Source of the DNA: Calditrichaceae bacterium
Lineage (GTDB): Bacteria > Calditrichota > Calditrichia > Calditrichales > JBFXGD01
Direction: 5' to 3'
Length of the DNA: 19,686 nt
NCBI GenBank assembly: GCA_050178385.1
Contig: JBFXGD010000060.1
Coordinates: 1 to 19,686 of the forward strand
Position numbers and translations under genes: made by a program. Shown here one piece after another: positions 16,929 to 19,686 of the stretch. Every line of letters starts with the position of its first letter. Within the stretch, counting starts at the first letter, position 1. Under the pieces are notes generated by a model. The model had not been told where the DNA came from. It did no database searches and saw only the letters and a program-made list of their open reading frames with translations.

Positions 16929-18215
16929 ATGCCAAAAGTAGCTTTACATACATTAGGATGCCGATTGAATCAGGCTGAAACCGCCATCATCGCGAACAGC
17001 CTGAAAAAACAGGGTTATGTAGTGGTCGAATATGGTCAGCCGGCCGATTTGACTGTGATCAATACCTGCACGGTAACAGAGCAGGCGGACTCCAAATGCC
17101 GTCAGGCGGTGCGTCAGAGCATCCGTGGAAATCCGGATACATTTGTGGCGGTGATAGGATGCTATGCCCAAATGGCTGTTGATACCATCCGGCAAATTGA
17201 AGGAGTTGATCTGATCATCGGGAATGAACATAAATTAAATCTTGTTTCCTATGTCGATGATCTGTATAAAAAATCCGATCCGCTAATTGTCCACTCTCCA
17301 AAAATATCACGGGATGAATTTGTCATCGAGACGATCGGATTATATGACAATAATACCCGGGCTAATCTGAAAATACAGGACGGTTGTAATTTTGTCTGTT
17401 CATTCTGTATCATTGCCACTGCCCGTGGACCGGCGCGCAGCAGAAAATTTGATAATATCATCTCCGAAGCAAGACAGCTTGTGGAAATGGGGCATAAAGA
17501 GCTTGTCCTGACCGGTGTGAATATCGGAACCTATCAGAGCGAAGGTCATAAATTTTTGGATATACTCGATTCGCTTGAAAAGATCGATCATCTGGAACGC
17601 ATCCGGATCAGTTCCATTGAACCGACAACGGTTGACAAAAATATCATCGACTATATGGCGGATTCTGGGAAAATCTGTCCTCATCTGCATATTCCGCTGC
17701 AAAGCGGTGACGACCGGATTCTGGACTCCATGAGAAGAAAACATACCGCAAAGGAATTTGCGGATATCGTGGAATACGCCGCCAAAAGGATCCCCGGTGT
17801 GGGTATCGGAACGGATGTCATGGTCGGTTATCCGGGCGAAGGTGAAGAAGAATTCAGGAACACAAAAAAACTGCTGGCCGATCTGCCGGTTTCCTACTTT
17901 CACGCGTTCACTTACTCAGACCGCAAAGGAACCACATCCTGGAATTTGAAACCCAAAATCGACCATCATGTAAAAAAGGAACGAAACCGGATAATGATTC
18001 AGATGGGAAAACGCAAAAAACGGGCGTTTTATGAATCATTTCTTGGTCAGGAAGTGGAAGTTCTTTTTGAAGAACGCTCAAACGGCCACTGGACCGGCTT
18101 CACCGGAAATTATATGCGAATCCGCGTAAATAGCCCGGAAAAACTTGAAAATGAAATCCGTTCAGTCCGGTTGACGAAAATTGACGGAGAAGATATAGCA
18201 GGGGAATTAGCGTGA
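16929..18215 (+). CDS. mtaB: tRNA t6A37 methylthiotransferase MtaB (radical SAM)
   Basis: UPF0004 domain TLGCRLNQAET / INTCTVT / GCYAQ; RANLKIQDGCNFVCSFCII (CxxxCxxC); ELVLTGVNIG; RIRISSIEP; GFTGNY TRAM-like end. Confidence 0.92.
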   Translation: MPKVALHTLGCRLNQAETAIIANSLKKQGYVVVEYGQPADLTVINTCTVTEQADSKCRQAVRQSIRGNPDTFVAVIGCYAQMAVDTIRQIEGVDLIIGNEHKLNLVSYVDDLYKKSDPLIVHSPKISRDEFVIETIGLYDNNTRANLKIQDGCNFVCSFCIIATARGPARSRKFDNIISEARQLVEMGHKELVLTGVNIGTYQSEGHKFLDILDSLEKIDHLERIRISSIEPTTVDKNIIDYMADSGKICPHLHIPLQSGDDRILDSMRRKHTAKEFADIVEYAAKRIPGVGIGTDVMVGYPGEGEEEFRNTKKLLADLPVSYFHAFTYSDRKGTTSWNLKPKIDHHVKKERNRIMIQMGKRKKRAFYESFLGQEVEVLFEERSNGHWTGFTGNYMRIRVNSPEKLENEIRSVRLTKIDGEDIAGELA

Positions 18216-19516
18216 AAAAAGTATATATAGAGACATACGGGTGTCAGATGAATGAATACGACACCGAGATCGTCAAAACCATTCTGAAAAAGAACGAATA
18301 CGAGTTTACCGAAGAACCGGATAAGGCCGAAGTAATCTTTTTAAATACCTGTTCGGTGAGGGAAAACGCCCACCAGAAGGTCCATCAGCGCATCAGCACA
18401 TTAAAGCAGCTGAAACGGGGAAACAAGGATCTGATTATGGGGGTGCTTGGCTGCATGGCTCAAAGTCTGCGGGATGAACTGCTGGAGGATAAGGTCGGTG
18501 TGGATATTGTCGCCGGGCCTGACAGTTATAAAAAACTTCCGAATCTGATACAGCATGTGCATGATACTGGGGAAAAAGATTATTATCTGACGCTTTCCGA
18601 ATTTGAAACATATAGCGATGTTTATCCGACACACGAAAGCGGGGTTAACGCCTGGATTGCAGTTATGCGGGGATGCGATAATTTCTGCACCTTCTGTGTG
18701 GTTCCCTATACCCGCGGACGGGAACGCAGCAGGGATCCCTACAATGTCGTCGAAGAAGTAAAACGGCTGGCGGTAGATGGATTCAATCAGGTCACCCTTC
18801 TCGGGCAGAATGTAAATTCATATAACTTTGAACAATACGATTTCGCCGATCTGATCCACCTGGTCAGCGAGGTGGATGGAATAAAGCGGGTGCGGTTCAC
18901 ATCTCCGCATCCCAAGGATTTTCCGGAAAAATTGCTGATGGAAGTCGCCAATAATCCAAAAGCCTGTAAACATATCCACCTGCCGCTCCAGGCGGGGAAT
19001 GACCGTGTGCTCGAAATGATGAACCGGACTTATACTAAAGAAGAATTTATCACTCTGGCAAAGCGCATGCGGCAGATTATTCCCGGACTGATCCTGACAA
19101 CCGATATCATAGTTGGTTTCCCCACGGAGACGGAGGAAGAATTTCAGGATACGCTCAATGTCATGAAAGAGGTGGAATTTGATTCCGCGTTTATGTTCAA
19201 ATATTCCGAACGCAAACAGACAATCGCCTCGCGTAAATATCCGGATGATGTGAGCGAAGATGATAAAACATCCCGCATCACCCGTCTTGTTGATCTTCAG
19301 AGAGAAATATCCCTCAAACGTAATGAGATGCATCTCGGACAGGTGTTTGAAGTATTGGTGGAAGGGCAGAGTAAACGTCCGGATCAGTTAATGGGCCGGA
19401 GTGATGGTAACAAAATTGTTGTCTTCCCGGACAACGGCGCGAAACGGGGCGATTTAGTCAGCGTGAAGATCGATGAAGTCACAGCAAATACGTTGATTGG
19501 GAGGGAAGAAAAGTAA
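18212..19516 (+). CDS. miaB: tRNA i6A37 methylthiotransferase MiaB (radical SAM)
   Basis: IETYGCQMNEYD, NTCSVRENA, MRGCDNFCTFCVVPYTRGRERSR, LLGQNVNSY, RFTSPHPKD, TDIIVGFP, C-terminal TRAM domain. GTG start overlaps the mtaB stop (GTGA); SD GGGGA. Confidence 0.96.
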   Translation: MKKVYIETYGCQMNEYDTEIVKTILKKNEYEFTEEPDKAEVIFLNTCSVRENAHQKVHQRISTLKQLKRGNKDLIMGVLGCMAQSLRDELLEDKVGVDIVAGPDSYKKLPNLIQHVHDTGEKDYYLTLSEFETYSDVYPTHESGVNAWIAVMRGCDNFCTFCVVPYTRGRERSRDPYNVVEEVKRLAVDGFNQVTLLGQNVNSYNFEQYDFADLIHLVSEVDGIKRVRFTSPHPKDFPEKLLMEVANNPKACKHIHLPLQAGNDRVLEMMNRTYTKEEFITLAKRMRQIIPGLILTTDIIVGFPTETEEEFQDTLNVMKEVEFDSAFMFKYSERKQTIASRKYPDDVSEDDKTSRITRLVDLQREISLKRNEMHLGQVFEVLVEGQSKRPDQLMGRSDGNKIVVFPDNGAKRGDLVSVKIDEVTANTLIGREEK

Positions 19517-19636
19517 GAAGTAGGAAGTAAGAAGTAGGAAGTAAGAAGTAGGAAGTTGGAAGTTTAAGAAAAAAGATAAAAGATAAAAGAAAAAAGAGAA
19601 GAAACTCTGTGTCTGAAGCAGGAAGTAAGAATAAAA
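19511..19636 (+). repeat. Phased purine-rich heptamer tandem repeat
   Basis: (AAGTAAG AAGTAGG)x3, AAGTTGG, AAGTTTA, AGAAAAA, AGATAAA x2, AGAAAAA, AGAGAAG, a 14-nt gap, then AAGCAGG AAGTAAG AATAAAA in the same 7-nt register. Confidence 0.92.
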
Positions 19637-19686
19637 AGCGTCAAGAGTAGAGACGTCTCAATCGGGGTAACCCAGTTACAGTCAAC

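Noticed and set aside
16817..16980. 12-mer ATCAGGCTGAAA repeated at 16817-16828 and inside mtaB at 16969-16980
   Set aside because: The second copy encodes the conserved NQAE motif. With only two copies and no further structure, it is probably coincidental.
305..19333. Numerous 60-170 aa alternative-frame and antisense ORFs in the track (e.g. 305-691, 1059-1445, 11081-11536, 17400-17903, 18818-19333)
   Set aside because: They lie within or largely overlap well-supported genes and have no recognisable motifs; treated as shadow ORFs.
11911..19516. Functional link between tRNA-using FemAB-like enzymes and the nearby tRNA-modifying mtaB/miaB
   Set aside because: They are separated by terminators and unrelated genes; proximity alone is not evidence.
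19511..19601. CRISPR array interpretation of the terminal repeats
   Set aside because: Units are 7/14 nt and contiguous with no unique spacers, and no cas genes are present in the window.

Overview
Bacterial chromosomal window, moderately AT-rich. 1-12996 is the distal part of a Wzx/Wzy-type surface or exo-polysaccharide locus. It holds the tail of a Gfo/Idh/MocA oxidoreductase, a hexapeptide N-acetyltransferase, a DegT aminotransferase, two FemAB-like GNAT proteins, a third GNAT, two CE4-type deacetylases, GT4, GT2, a flippase and a Wzy/O-antigen-ligase-family protein. An antisense gene for a secreted right-handed beta-helix protein interrupts the locus. That gene is preceded by a near-consensus sigma54 promoter, an IHF-like site and a TGT-N11-ACA box, and its product ends in a lone PxxPxNLxI motif. 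Three intergenic gaps in the operon are bridged by micro-ORFs. 13083-19516 is housekeeping: terminator, short/branched-chain acyl-CoA dehydrogenase, bidirectional terminator, an unknown protein, a MATE transporter and a coupled mtaB-miaB pair. The window ends in a phased purine-rich heptamer array and a possible truncated GTAG-type REP. I saw no rRNA, tRNA, CRISPR array or transposase. All calls come from motif recognition by eye; no database searches were run.
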